Shown: positions 1-14,707 of the stretch, piece by piece | How positions within the stretch are numbered: position 1 is the stretch's first letter | Layout of the letters: every line of letters starts with the position of its first letter | Assembly (NCBI GenBank): GCA_965637545.1 | Contig: OZ281497.1 | Span: 9,362,001 to 9,426,000, forward strand | DNA: 64,000 nucleotides | Source of the DNA: Phallusia mammillata | Taxonomy: Eukaryota | Direction: 5' to 3' | Notes under the pieces: generated by a model | The model's input: only the letters and a program-made list of their open reading frames with translations | The model's database searches: none | What the model was told of the DNA's origin: nothing | Translations under genes and position numbers: made by a program

Positions 1-1286
1 ATTTGGTGAGTGAAATATTTTCTCCCAACTACCCTCAACCTTACCCGAACTCTGCTGACACCGCGTGGTTGGTTCGTGTGTCAGACAATAATGTTGTTCT
101 ACTCAATTTGGTCGATATCGACATCGAGGAATGCTGCGATCGACTCACCATCTACGACGGTAACTCCTTACACGGTCCAGTTATTGCCATTTTATCTGGT
201 ACATTAACCAATCAAAACAATTTGACCATGTACCAGTCCACCGGTAGTAGCATGTCGTTGCATTTGACTTTTGATTGTTCTGAATCAAAAACTGGTTTTA
301 GGGCAAGTGTAAGTAGTTCGGTTGGTGTAATTAGCTCGACAACCGAAACTATTCCCGTTGTAACAACAAATGCTGGGGTTATTACTGATACAACCGGTTC
401 TGGAGATATTGAAACCTGAGGCTATGAAGCTTTGTATTCACAAATAGGTGACTACTATCACTTATCCTCACCAAACTATCCTAACATGTATTACAACAAC
501 ATATATTGTTGGTGGTATATATATCCTGCCGATCAGTCGTTTGATCATTTGATCACATTGCAAGTACTTGATTTCGATTTGGAAGCCAACCATGACAATG
601 TTTATCTGTACAACAAAACTAATCTCCTTGAAACACTAACTAGATCAAATCATAACAACGAACAATTTTATGCAATTGGTTACATGCAAATTAACTTTGT
701 AACTGATGGTTCCGTGACAAGCCGTGGTTTTAACTTTACATATCACCTAGATTCGACTAGCACTGAAGTGTGTAATAATGAATATTTGTATCCACAAATG
801 GGTAACGCTTATTACTTGGCTTCACCAAACTACCCCGACCAGTACTATGATAATGTTGACTGTTGGTGGTATATCTATTCTTATTCTTCCGATCAAGTAA
901 TCACATTGGAAATTATTGATTTTGATATAGAACACGAGTTTGATAACGTTTATCTATACAACCAAAGCGACCTTATTGCAACTTTAACTGGGTCAGATGT
1001 CACAAATGGGCAATTTTTTGCATCGGGGTACATGTTGATTCACTTTGAAAGTGACGGTTCCGTAACGCGAAAGGGTTTTAACTTTACATATAATCTCCAG
1101 TCGACCAACAATGAAACTTGTAGTTCGGAGTGGTTTTATCCACAAGCGGGTCAATACTATTCCTTGTCATCTCCAAACTATCCTGTGCAGTATTATAACA
1201 ATATTTATTGCTTGTGGTATATTTATCCTGATAACAATTATTACAAATTTTTCATTTCACTGGAAATTGTCGATCTCGATTTAGAG

Positions 1287-1503
1287 CAGTGGTCGGCAAC
1301 CGCCGGTCCGCGAGGAGTTCGTTACCGGGCCGCATAATTTTCCAGGATAAATGCTATAAAGCATTTTGCCCATGTATCCCGGGGATGGTAAACTAATTTA
1401 GGCGTTTTCCTTGCTAAATATTTGTAATTTTTTGAAGACTGGTCCGCGATAAAATTTTACTTTCAAAACCGGTCCGCAGTTCAAAAAAGGTTGCCGACCC
1501 CTG
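1287..1503. mobile_element. hAT (Charlie/Buster-type) MITE inserted in a CUB coding exon
   Basis: TIRs CAGTGGTCGGCAACC / GGTTGCCGACCCCTG; perfect 8-bp TSD ATTTAGAG (1279-1286, 1504-1511); removal restores DLDLEYNYDYV. Confidence 0.93.
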
Positions 1504-2028
1504 ATTTAGAGTACAACTATGATTATGTTACCATATTGACGGATAGCGGTGTACTTAACTTTACTGGAAGTAGCTAATCTACAGATCCTATTGTTTCTCA
1601 ACGCATACAAATTAATTTAGTGACTGATTCAATAGAAACAAGGAGGGGCTTTAATTTTGGCTACCAACTTACTCTCCCGCCAGATTGTAACGACACTCAA
1701 TACCTCAGTGCGTTTTCGTCATATGAAAACTTTACATCGATAAACTACCCTTACAGTTATTCAAATAATCTTTGTTCCACTTGGAGCATTCATTCTCCTT
1801 ATGAACATATTATTGAACTGTGCGTTGCTGATATGGATATAGAAGTGTGTTGCGACCATTTGATGGTTTTTGACGGTTCGTCTTTGAGTTATCCACAAAT
1901 TTCGTATGACCACAAGACAGGCTCTTATGTTTATTTTTTGTCAACTAACATGTTTATCGTGTTTACAACAGATTCATCCGTAACTACTACAGGGTTTCAA
2001 ATGTCGTATAGAAGCGTGTATTACCCTC

Positions 2029-2522
2029 CAGGGGTCACCAAACTCCGGCCCGCGAGGTCATTTCGTCCGGCCCGCGACCACATTTTTTAGGTTGCCAAAT
2101 TGTATTAATAACTTTGTAACATTAAAATTTAATCTACTTCTTACAATTTTTTTTCTGTGGGGATATTCAGAATTGATGTTACCGAGTTTCATAGGATTAT
2201 AACACCCAGGATTGATCCAAAGCCACTTTGTTACGTCACAGACAAGACTACAAGTATTAATTGTGCGCAAATAAGTGCCTTCTTTTGTCACTTGTGGCGT
2301 TATATACAAGCATTGCTCGTAAGATGAGACTAATTATACAGTTTAACAGTCGCATGACTACTTTTTGAATGGGATTGTAGAAAGACCATATCTTGGCGCA
2401 CCTAAAAACGCCTCGCGAGCTAAGTTTGGAAAGACGGCGCTAGGGCATGTAAACTATGCGGCCCGCGCGAATCATTATTAGCACTCATCCGGCCCGCAGT
2501 GAAAAAAGTTTGGTGACCCCTG
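2029..2522. mobile_element. hAT MITE
   Basis: TIRs CAGGGGTCACCAAACT / AGTTTGGTGACCCCTG, subterminal GGCCCGC motifs; TSD degenerate; inverted homologue at ~33616-34064. Confidence 0.88.
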
Positions 2523-3258
2523 CCCTACACGAAAGAACTAAGTGAAAAACATCAGTAGAAAGTATCGACTGGTAATTTTGTGGTTGTTGTTACTGTGTGT
2601 TGGTTTTTGGTGATTTATAAGATTTGTATGGAATGAATAAATAATAAAAAATGGTTTTAACTTTGCTTGTTTGCCAAATAAACGAAGCGCAACTATGAGT
2701 TGTTTCTATTATTTGTTTTTTCTTAAATTAGTAGAAGGAATATTTCTGGTATGTCATATCATAAACAATTAAATAAATATTAAAAAAGATAAACTAAACA
2801 AAAACATGTTGCAGTCACTGTTTTAATTGGTGTATCTATTTTCAACCCAAATTGAGGCCAAGTACGGATTTTACTTGTCCTAATTCGGTCCAAAAGGGAA
2901 AAAAATAGGAATATAATCTAAGATTCGCGGGACTTACATCTATTGCTCAACACTGCTAAGTAGCACCTCTTGTGATGACGTGTTTGTCCGTGAACTTGCC
3001 TGTCGATCACACAGAAAATACTTCATCCAAGCTACAACCTTTATCAAATCAAGAAATGTCAATAATCCGGTTTAAGCTTACGGTATATCAATGTGCGAAT
3101 GTCTCTATACAGGTCCATTAAACGCATTTGTTAGGGCACATATAACTGATATATTTTGTGAAATTTAAAAACTATTGTCAGCATGTGTCTCCAAGTCATT
3201 TAATTAAAGTGTGTTGTGCCTTACGTGAAGCGAAAACTACCTTTTTGATCACTGTAAC

Positions 3259-3768
3259 CATAGGCGCCGAGTTTTACAAAAATGCAAGGTGGCGGACGTA
3301 AATTATGACGTCACCAATGCGTACAACCACACGAGCTCCAACTAGAAAATAGAATGCAACGTTCGTCAAATTTTTTTTAAATAAAATTCATTTGAAATAC
3401 TTTGCTTTAGCGTTATTATTGGTTTAGCAACGTTTAGGAAACGTTTCGTCAAGTTGTTGCTCTCGTATCACCAAAATAACTATTTATTACAGTACAATCG
3501 AACTGTCCACAATAATGGCCATACATTCAATGCCAACAATTGTGTGTTTGTCGTATAAACAAGACACTAACCGAAACAGGTTGCAGTTTCGGCACGTTTT
3601 GTTGCTTTTTCGCTAGAACGCTTGTTTAAAAGCAAAAATGTTTCCAGATTTTATGATTTTTCGTACGATACCGCTACAAACAAATCTAAATATCCACGGT
3701 GGCCGCCACCGTGCTTTTCAAACCGAAGGTGGCGGCGCCACCCCGCCACCGCCCACTCGGCGCCTATG
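3259..3768. mobile_element. hAT-like MITE (CATAGGCGCC family)
   Basis: TIRs CATAGGCGCCGAG / CTCGGCGCCTATG; 8-bp TSD ACTGTAAC; second copy at 56044-57140. Confidence 0.9.
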
Positions 3769-6700
3769 ACTGTAACCCTTGTTTATTGACGTGTACATGT
3801 CTATCATATTGTGCGCTGGGGGTGCGACGACCACCCTTGTTTATTGTTCCATATCGATTTTGTGTTTTGTATTAAAACCATGTGGCGTAAAATAAATAAA
3901 AATCTTGGGAATTTGGTATGGGTTTGTTCAGTAAACAACGTCTGAAAGGTAATTTATTTTAAAATTTATACAGTCCGAATTTGCACCGACCATTACACTA
4001 CTAGGGTTACCTAATTTGATTTAAACTCAGTACTGTTTACCTGACGAGTCCATTCCTCCGTTCTGTACAACAGCATTGGTTCACTGCAAAAGAGAAAACA
4101 AAAGCGTCACAATCGGCTGGTAATATACACACAAAATGGCCGGTCAACTCGCGCAAAGACACACGTGACAGTAACAAGTCATTATCCCTTAATTCACACA
4201 CAAACCCGACATTAATCTTATAGAATAAAAAACAAACAAATTATGCGCCAATTTGTTAGAAGTCCAGGTCTAAATTACAGACACTTTGAAAAACTAAGAC
4301 GTTTCATCACTTTAAAAGTTTCTTTTAGCATTAATGCTATATTAGCTGCACATAATACACTGTAATGTTAGCACATAAATATTTCCAAACTAAATTATTT
4401 CAACCACAAATCCCAACTACAAAACATTCTGCTCCCAGCACAGAAACAAACTGTAAAACGTGGTCCGCAGTGAAGATTTCATTACCAATGATCATAAGCA
4501 TTGTTACGATAAAGATTTCCCCACTCGTCACGGCAGGCGCCTTGTTACGTCACAGTAAATTAAGTTAGATCACTGGCGTCAACCAAATACAAGGAAAGGA
4601 AGCACATACAAGCAAATTATCACTGTAACAGTCACCAATATTATTCTTTGTTTGTTTCAGAGAGCAATAGTTGTTTTTGCATAAACACTGTGTTAGAAAA
4701 CATACTTACTAGACACAGAATCAGTCAACATAGACAAGAGAGAATCTCAGGTTAGCCTAAATTCCCGGTTGCGTACACTTTACTGCAGTGGTCTTCAACC
4801 TGTGGGTCGCGACCCCAAGTGGGGTCGCCTAAACTTTCTCTGGGGTCGCTATAAATTCAATTTATTGGCGTTTTAATTTATTACCAAAAAACGATATGTT
4901 TTTGTTCTAGTTCGCAACCTTTGCTCATGTTTTGCAGTACAGTTTGGTACCTCTTTTCACAATCTACGTCTATTTGGGCCGTTATTTTCACCATTAAACT
5001 TATGAACAGATCCGTATATAGTGCTCCAAAGTAACGATGTGTTTGTCGTAAAAATGGACAGTGTCGTTTAACGGAACGCCTTGTTATACCGAAACGAAAT
5101 AAAACTATTTTTCGGCTGAAGTACCGGAACGAAAAATGGGAAAAATTGTCTAAAGTTTAGTAATTCTAAGGGACTATGCGTGTACAAAAAAACAAGTCAA
5201 AATAAATCGATTCAAATATCTATACTGTTTTCAAAATACAAAACTTTTGACCGTCTTCTTCTTCTTGTCGAAAAGGATAAACGTATGTTTTTTTGCAGGT
5301 TTGTCGGCATCGTCATATCTTGAGCCCTTTCGCCAAAATGACCTGAATAACTTAGTCCTTATAAACCACTATTGTGACACATGGCAGTGGAACATCATTT
5401 ACAACAAACCAATTGCAACTGGTGTTTTTGCTGAATTTATTTCCGGTGGGTTAGCTGAAAACGACTACTGCAAGGTAATAATGTTTATGCTTTTGTGTTA
5501 ACCAAAAAAGATGTGTTCTAAAATAATGTTATTTAAAAAAAACCGTTTCTACATCTTTACACTTACTTTGTAGCACAATTAATGTTGATCGGAAAATTGT
5601 CAGCAGTTGCGTCTTATAATTATAAGAGAATGTGCACATCATTCGGAAACCGTGTGTCCCGCCGAACTGTGCAGCAGAAAAAACTTGCTCGCAGTATTTT
5701 TTGTGCCATTAATTTTTTTCAGGCATGAGCATCTAAATATGAGAGCTGCTCAAAAATGTGCACATTTCATGTTTTTGACTTTAAATGGACGAGGTAAGAA
5801 TTTTTATTTGCTGGTATAACGCACAAAATGTTCGTCGTGTGGAAAATAAGTTGTTTCGATCTTTTTGGCTGGGTTCTGGCTCGGGTTTTGTTCGGGTTCG
5901 AGCCGGGTCCGGGTTTTGCTTTAAATAAGGTGTAGCTGTAGTGCGTTTAGCCATCATATCCACCAATTGTACCTCTTAACTGTTTTGCGCTCTATACCGT
6001 TTTATAGTTGCGCAGCTATTTCCGGCTTGGTAATTGTTTTAGTGCTGTTGTGCCAACAAGCGAAATAAACTCAACTCAACTCAATTTGAAACACTTTTGA
6101 TTTGGGCCTGACCAGAGACTAAGTCTTTATTTGATGATGACTGATTTTAAAATTTTGTGCCATTACTTTGAGAACATATGCTGTTTCCAGTTTCATCCTG
6201 AATCATCAAAATAATATATCTGGAATCAACACCTATGAGGTTGGTTAGTTTGAGCTGCTTGAATTGATATTTAAAAAAAAGTAACTGAACAAAAGGCGAT
6301 GTGATAAAATTAATTGCAGTTTAAATGTGTTGGGCATAGCATAGTCTTTATTTATACATGACAGATTTAAAAATTTAGTTACATTCTTTTGAGAACATTT
6401 GTAACTCCCAGCAATTCGTATTACATCTCTTTTCGCAAATATAATCTATAGATGTTGGCAATGGTTCATTTTTTGTCATACATGCACATCCAATAATTTG
6501 TTAGCAAATTTCGTACATTCAATCGCCACCTGTGTCGTTTTTTTTCCGCCTTCGGAAAGTTTCTTTCTTCAATATGTTTTCAGAAGTAGTCAAGTTGATG
6601 TACCAATCAATAAAATTTATTTCAAAAGCCTACGCTTCACGTAAACACGAAAAAACAGAAGACAACACAACTTTTTCCTATCCTTTTTGCATTGTAAACG

Positions 6701-7805
6701 CCGCAATCTTACTGGTCGCGTTCAAGCGGAACGGATCTTAATAAAAATCACAGTGTGCAGTCTCTGCTTGGTAGTCTCTGACCTGACTTTACACTTGTTC
6801 GTCTTTCTGTCATAAATTTACCTAATTTTGAAACCTTGTACGTCGAAACAGTGTGCACGCCTACAGCTTATCATTTGTGGGCTTGATTTATGAATTTTTG
6901 TTGATCGGTACGCGATTCAAACCACCCAGATTTTTGCGGGACCACTAGCACAACCTAGTGTCCTAATCATACACAATTAACCGTGTATCGTCGACAACAC
7001 AACATCGTGCATTAGAGTGAAGGTAATTGTTAATTAAATGACGCCAGTATATAGTTGTCATCACAACCATTTTGAAGGTTTTCTCTAACAGCCACTTGCA
7101 CTCGATTGTTTCAAAATTAGCAGTTTGAAAACCCGGTTGTATTTTATCTCCTTGTGACGAAAGTACAGATTAATGTCCAAGTGTATTCACAAGCTCAACT
7201 GGAATTCTTGTCGATTGTTCTTAAGTGTTTATGACAGCAGCATCTACATTGTTGGATAAGTTATATAGTTTGCCACATATTGAGCACACAAAACGTCTAA
7301 CAGCCGGACGCATATATTTACTGGGAATATAATAAACATTTAGGCAACCCCCATAAAAACCTTTAAATCTGTATTAAAGATATGTTTACTCAATTTACTG
7401 ACGTCAATTGATTCATTTTCACATACAATCCGCATTTACGCATAAATTAATATCCGCAAACGCCATTTGTGCACCTCTGCTCAAGCGTTCATTTAATGCA
7501 CAGCAGTGTCTGTTGTCAAGTAGCCAAACCATTGTCCATATATTGGGATATCCGTGAGTATACAACGTGTGGTGTAAACATCACTCAGGCATCCGCATAT
7601 CCAAATTTAATTTACTTTAGTGAGCTATAATTTGGACGTGGGTCCTTTATTTGCCTTTTTTGTACTCATTTTCTGTCTTCTATTTTATACAGCAGCAGCA
7701 AATTTATTGCAAAAGCTTAAAAAAGCAGAACAAAAATGATGTGCAATGAATTGAGGTTGATTACTGCCAAAACAGCCTGGGTGCCATTTACTAAACTGGA
7801 CTGCA

Positions 7806-10800
7806 TCAACACATCAAATTGGACCCAGTTTCATGTCGTTGATTTTTTTTTCTTTGTTTCAATTTGTATCGGAGGATAACTGTTAAAACATAGTAAAGAG
7901 TTAATTTCAGAAAGGTTTTTCTTTTAAAAAGGTGTTAATTGAAATTGTTTTTAATAATGTGTCCGCAGCTAACTTTTACATCTGCCAACGCAGTTATATA
8001 GCTAAAAGTAAAATTCCTAAACGTTTATTTTGCAGTTTTTCTTACTATTTATTTCAAAAAATAACAATCAAATTGAAAACAGCCTGTGTATTCTGCAGAC
8101 TTCGTAAAGTTGAAAAAACTAACTTACAAAGGCACACAGCCCCAAGTATCAAGATTGGAATCTGTATGTAGATTTTTTCACGCACGCACAGTGCAGTGCT
8201 CCATCCATACTGAATCGCAAAACCAGCTGAAAACCAACAGCACAACATGGTGAAGCAGAGTTCATGTTTGTCAGCAAACGACTCGGCGTAAAAGTCTGCA
8301 ATTTTAACATTCTTAATTGAAAGGATGTATTCTACTCGCTAAATTCTATTTGTAAAGCAGCAAATTATACATATGATTAACACAATTGGGTTCACACGGC
8401 CTAGAGCTACGTCACAGAGAACAAAAATAAATAAAGGGGTGTAAAGTAAAAAAGATTTTTTTAGCGATGTAGTTCATTGGCCTTTTACTTATATTGTCTC
8501 CTTTATATGTCTTAAAACGCTTTGTGCGGCTTGTCATGTGGAATATTTTACTGATGATGTCACTAGTTTTGTTCGAAACGTTTGAATAAAAAGATGACTC
8601 AGTTGTTTTTGAATAATAATTGACACAACTCCGTTTTTGATTAAATAATAAGATAATTGTTTTGAAACATTTATAACTTACTTGTAACTAGTAGGTTCCA
8701 AAGTGCTTGGTCCAAACCAAGCCACACAAAAATCAAATGCACAATCCAAGAGGTTTCTTTGGTTGGAATCCACAATAGACACAGTACATACATGAGAAGG
8801 TCAAGTAGGACAGCGAAACACAACACAGGTCTCATACCGTACTTGCCCATTACTCGACTCCCAACAAAATTCCCTATAGAGCTGTTAAGTGCTGCGATTA
8901 TGGCACAAATTCCGACCTATATACAAATCAATGGGGTCGAAATTGGGTGGTTTTATGCCGTTGTTCACTAGAATGGTTGCATGAGAATTACATAGTAAAT
9001 AATCAAGATATTGTAAGTTGTGTGATACCGATTGCTTGTTTAGACTTTGTCTACTCTAGAGAGAACAAAGTAAATAGAACATTATCAAACCTGGCTCACA
9101 CCCTTTACACAAGAAGCATAAGCCCTTGTTGCCTCAGAGTATAAAAATCCAATAATAAAACCGTTGTAAAGATTGGCTGGATACATCAGAATTTGCCTCC
9201 AATCCTTTGCTTGCTTTAAAATATCCTTTAGAGCGATTGCTGTGTCAGTACAAATCTAAAACGTAAATATATAAGAAACACTGGAGGGACTTGAAATGTA
9301 GCTGGATCAAAATCAAATGTTTAAGTGAGCTTGTGTGCAGAGAATATTTGTTTTATAAATCACTCTTGTCATCATGAAGGCAAAGTGTAAAAAACACGGT
9401 ATTTTTACACTTCATACTGCTAGAAGCAATACATATTGGTGCTTTTACTGTGTGTGTGTGTTATTTGTGATATAGCCTACATTGAGATTTGGTTTTGTGA
9501 CTGTTTCATCACAATCTGTGTTTTTATCATTATTCCTCGAATTTTCATGACTGTGTAATATATCCTCGACATCCAAATTTTCATCAATTTTCTTCGTCTT
9601 AGAATTTTCATGCAGTGAGAATTCAGGAAAAAAACAAATATGAATCGTCATACCTATAAAAATATGCACAATAAAATAATAATACTAGTGTGCAGGCCTA
9701 CCATATTTCCATTCCCAAAAAGGATGACACGTTGTTTAAAAGAACATGAAAAAATACTTTAAGCCCCGCCAAAAATAGAAGCTTCAGAAATTAGTCGATA
9801 GTTAGGATAAAGTTCAACGTTTATCACATCAGAACACTAAAATAAGCTTGCATTTTCAAAAATGTAAAACCTGTATTCGTTAAATAATAAGCTGAAGATG
9901 TATTTGGCTGAAAAGGTGGACGTAAGGTAGGCCTACTAATGCATGTGCAGGTTTTAATGGGGCCTATGTAAATGTCTGATAACAACATGTTGTCTGAGAT
10001 AATCGTGTATATAAAAGTTCACAAGACTTCTGACCAACAACAAAATATTTTTGTAAACACTAATACCTGTTGTTTATGTGCATGTCTATTTGCAAACTAA
10101 CGCAAATTTCGTATCTGCAAATATACGTCGTTGGGACCCGGGCCCTGGAGAGAAAAGCAATATGCTGGTGCGAGACATTCCCCGGGCCTCTTTCAAGCCT
10201 TTAGCAATGTCTAGATGCCCCTTTCCCGACCTATCTCCTATTTGCACTGATACAGAGAAGCTAAGCCCTATATACTAAGCATCAGTATGTACATGTGTTG
10301 TTTCGAACTGTTATGGTCAACTGTTATGGGCACGAGCTGCACCCTCTCTCGTGCACGGGGCCTGGTCGGGACGCACAATGGCGACATATACGCTATATTT
10401 AATAACCGTAGTCTTTAACTCCTGTTTTACCTGATATCATAATCACTGCAAACGTTGCCAACATCACATACACAGCAATAAAGGTTGATGGAACATATTG
10501 TTCAATGTTATCAAGGGTCGTCGCGGCATCTTGACAGTCATTAGCTCCGCAGTGTCCGTAAGACTTTACTGTTATTTCATGTGTGAAAGGTACCATAACA
10601 GTGGTCATCTCCACAGAGGTTGTAGCGCCTGCTACTGACATTGTGGTCATATTTGCTGGTAAATTGTTAGGAGGAGCGTCTCCCATAGGGAATTTGAAAA
10701 AGTGAAGAATGATAAAACCTAAAATGTTTCCAAAGACCTAAAAATAATAACTTTACAATTTGTTTAACTGCAAACCACTTAAAAGTAGCCGTTTATTTAC

Positions 10801-12683
10801 GTTTATGACGAAGTTTTTAAACAACTTTATCATTTAATACCTGGTTTAAAATGTGAAGTCCAAACAGTGTTCCACTGAACTCACGAACACAGGTTTCCAC
10901 GCTTTTCTTAGAATACTTTTGATACTTTTGTCCGTAGTAGATAAAAAGCAGGCCCAGCGCAACCCAAAAAGTTGCCTCTGCCCAAGCGACTACAACCGCA
11001 GCAATCATAAGGCTCCATTCCTCTGCAAGAAAAGCAATGATATTGCATCCAACTTTAGGCACTTGCATTTCAGTTAAATTTATTTTACGTTATTTTACAA
11101 CAACAACAATGAGTCACGCATCATGCAGCTGCTTTCAGGCCCACAAGACTTTGAGCGAAGAAAGCAAGTGTTAAACTGAAAATTGTTTTTTTTTTTGCAT
11201 TTTTGAATTTAAATAAGGCGATGCAGTATAAAATGGATGGAAACATTTGTCGTATATACTGCATAAAACATCACTGAACTTTTGACTATGAAAAGCTTTT
11301 GTGGTGCCCACTTCCCTTGCCACCAGGACGTACTTATTCTTTGTCTATGAATGGGATATATTATTCCAGCATGCGCTACATCCTGTATTTAAGCGTAAAG
11401 GGTTAAACTTCCTAGACCAGTGGTTCCCAACCTTTCGTGGACCATGGCCCCCTCAAAGTAACTTTTTGGCCTCGTGGCCCCCTTCAAGTTACCATGTAGG
11501 ACCTGTGGCCCCCTTAAAATGTAGATAACAATATCGCGTTGGAATGCGGTATTGTTTATGGCCTTAAACAGGCCTAATATAGTAAATGAGAGTGATAAAC
11601 CTCACTATAAACAAATAGTATGTGAAATAGTCGATTAAATTCGGGAATAAAGTTAAAGTGAAAATGACTTTTAGTGGGTGTTTCTTGTGAATATACGTCC
11701 GTGGCCCCCTGGAACACAGCTCGTGGCCCCCCTGGTTGGGAACCACTGTCCTAGACCTTTCAAAATGGTGTTTATGTTCTTTATACTGCGGTACCTTGTT
11801 TAGCACATTGCACAGACCGAATGCTTTGCGTTACACGTTAGCGAAATAACGTGTTTTACATCCAATTGTTGATAATTATTAAACGTTTTCTAAAAGCTGC
11901 ACTTTTACGTTTTAAGTTTGAACAAATAAGAAATTGTCAAATATGTTTTAAATGTTAACCATTCGTTGTCATTTCTTTCTTTACTGTTATGTTTTATCAA
12001 GCTAAAAAAGCAAGGCCTATACTCCCAAACAAACATTAGCCCAATATCGTAGTTTTATAGTTATAAGAAAGGGAAAATATTTTTGCAAGATTTGTACTGC
12101 ATAATAACGATTTTTAGATCAAAATCAAAGTTTTATTTTATACCTAATTACTTCTTAACACAAATACCAATGTGCACAAAAAATACCAACTTGGGTACAT
12201 GTTCAAAAGAACATAGAAGACATAAGCAGCTTCGCTTGTAATAAGGGATTTCTTGGGCCCAAGAAGTCGAATGCAAATTGGGACGGCAAACAAGCTGAAG
12301 AAGATCGAAAATCCATAACTTACAGCTGTAATTTTTGATCCTGAAATGGAAAAAGCGATTGTTTTGTTGTAGAAGATTATATTGCATAACTTATTAATAA
12401 TGAAAAGCATTCATTAATAATAGTTATTTACCAAAAAACATAAAATTCATTTGTTTGAATAAGATTGACTGGAGTGAACTGCACCTTAATAAACATTCAA
12501 AGCAATTGCCTTGGGATACTTACCCAATCCACCAACAATATTCAAACTGGACTGCAGCATAAGCATTGCACTGTAACCGCTAAATACCAACACAACTCCA
12601 AAACATAACAACAAGTAAGTTCTCTTGATGCGTCTTTTCTCCAGCCTAGATTTCTTCTTTGCGATGACGTCTGTCTTTTGCAT
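7806..12683 (-). CDS. UNC93-like MFS membrane protein (UNC93A family), 9 exons
   Basis: GT-AG exons with consistent phases: 12683-12524, 12340-12191, 11022-10841, 10737-10431, 9653-9481, 9255-9091, 8916-8682, 8295-8128, 7879-7806 (last exon least certain). Motifs LQSSLN..GLG, LGPK, NQVFGN, CGANDC, EATRAYASC, GFAIQYGWST.LC...K are typical of UNC93 proteins. Confidence 0.88.
11418..11748. mobile_element. hAT MITE in UNC93-like intron 2
   Basis: TIRs CAGTGGTTCCCAACC / GGTTGGGAACCACTG; TSD TCCTAGAC. Confidence 0.93.
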
Positions 12684-13246
12684 GTCGTGGGTTACAGTGT
12701 AAGATTGTAACTAAAAAAACAATTCGTTCCGCTGCAAACAGGAAGAGATAAAAATAAGTTATATTCGTCCGAGTTGAAAAATATTGCGCGTGCTCTATGT
12801 ATAAAATATTCAGATCAATTTAAAGCATGCGGTCGCGATTCCAGTGGGATGCATGGTCACCTTTTACCAGTTTTGTGAGGCACGGTATCAAATAAGATTA
12901 AAAAGCACAGCACTAAACAATCGACTGGACAAAAACAACATAATGTGCGCGCGCGACTTTTGAAACTAGATATATATATATATATATATTATTTTCTAAT
13001 CTACTTAGTATAATATCCACCGTTTTTGCAACGCAACCCAAGCCAAACTAACTAAACAACTTTGCCAAAAAGTCACAAGTATGTTTAATTATTGAGCGGG
13101 CTCTGGTACATACAGTATTTCCTTTCAAATCAGATACAATGTCGCTCTTTGAACTTTATGCTTGCCGTTATCGTACAATATGTTGATTGGTTAACTGCTT
13201 TTCGAGCGACTGATACATGAATCAATCACAATAATGAGCAACAGTT

Positions 13247-13897
13247 CAGACGTGGAAAACTAAATAATTCTAGTTGACTGTAATTCGGCAAATTAGATGG
13301 CGGTAATGCTAATTCTAATCTAATTTACAGTTTTACCTAAAACCCTAGTCTGACCAAGAGCATTTTTGGGCATGTGATACTAATATGCGTTCGTATCCAG
13401 AGCGCACAAACCATGCGCCCAAGACCAAACGCATCACTGATAAATGTTTTTCAAATATATTTGGCACAGTGACAAACAGCTGTTAAGCACTGCCTCGTGG
13501 GCTGTTGCCCCATTTTCCAGTCTGGTTGTAAAAGGAAATACTAACTTAGTATCATTGAATTATGTAAACCAGTATTCTATGAAAATACAGAGATGCGAAA
13601 AACGAAAGTATACTAGCTGTGTAAATGGCGAAAGGTGAGTACGATTGCTCCCCGACAACCACATCAGGTCCGTATGTATAACGCGTTTTAGCGATGTCGA
13701 ATTGCAAAGCTCGGAGTTCAAATTTGAAATAAAGTTGGTTGCTTATAGCTTGCTTTAATCTAATTCTAGTTAAATTTCTAGCTTTTGAGAAAATGGTTAT
13801 TCTAATTCTTATCTAATTTGTTAAAACTGTGTGGTTCTAACTTTAATTCTAATCTAATTTAAAAACAAACGAAAAAAAATCTAGTTGTCCAAGTCTG
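13247..13897. mobile_element. hAT-like non-autonomous element
   Basis: TIRs CAGACGTGGAAAACTA / TAGTTGTCCAAGTCTG; 8-bp TSD CAACAGTT; internal TAATTCTA repeats. Confidence 0.8.
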
Positions 13898-14072
13898 CAA
13901 CAGTTATAACGCCTAATATTTTGCAGTCTGTACAAAACACACATTCGTTGTGTTACCAGAAGTCATTCTTACATTCCGTTTCGGTTGCTCACTTACTTAA
14001 GAGAGAACAGATAAACGAACTAAAATGACAAGACACCTGTGCAAATATTTTCTGACTCGGATTGGTGTAGTC

Positions 14073-14359
14073 CAGGGGTGTACAAGCTTTGCGTTATGAC
14101 GGCTGCATCGTAGATATTTTTTTCACCAACGGCAGCCAAGTGTCTTCTTGTTTTTGTTTACAAAAAACACTGAAGTAAAAATGGGTTTATCTCGTAGATA
14201 TATTACCCCATGGCGTCTAAAACGCCAAAATTAAATTCTAACTTAATGCACAGATTGAGCTGAATTAGCGATTAGTCACGGCCGCCGGGAAATATGTTGT
14301 AGCATACATGTTAACGGCCGCATAAACACGTCCCTGCGGCCGCAGGTTGTGCACCTCTG
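14073..14359. mobile_element. hAT MITE
   Basis: CAGGGGTGTACAA / TTGTGCACCTCTG; TSD GTGTAGTC / GTTTAGTC. Confidence 0.8.
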
Positions 14360-14707
14360 GTTTAGTCTGCCAGCATAAACGAGACTCATTAGCGAATGTA
14401 ACATCGGTTCGGCACAACTTTTAAAAGGCTGTGGTTTGGACTGCGAATTATGAAATTATCAGTCTTTAAAACAAGTGGCACACACTTAGGTTGCCATTAC
14501 ATTAGCTAACTTTTTTTCTAAGCGTTGCAATAATACGAAAATTTAATTTTTGAAACATTGCAAACAGATGGATAAGATTTCTATTTTAGGGGTAATTGCA
14601 TCCAAAATATAATAAGATTTCAAAAAATGCAACATCTTTTCTTTCTGCAGAAACAAGTAACCCAAAAGATATCGATTGCTATACCCAAACTTTTTGCGAT
14701 TCATAAT

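Larger units (their letters stand above)
1..2541 (+). pseudogene. CUB cluster member A: disrupted multi-CUB gene (5 CUB domains visible; 5' part lies outside the window)
   Basis: ORFs 3-419, 432-1337 and 1620-2090 are one frame. TGA at 417-419 replaces the first Cys of CUB2 (ET*GYEALY vs ETCDFEHLY in D); a hAT MITE sits at 1287-1503; TAA at 1575-1577; a second MITE sits at 2029-2522 near the C-terminus. SPNYP / DLE..YD / F.TD.S....GF CUB motifs recur. Confidence 0.9.

Noticed and set aside
417-419. In-frame TGA at a conserved Cys position in gene A, suggesting selenocysteine recoding
   Set aside because: The same frame also has a TAA (1575-1577) and a stop-bearing MITE; no SECIS recognised; a single TGY to TGA nonsense change is simpler.
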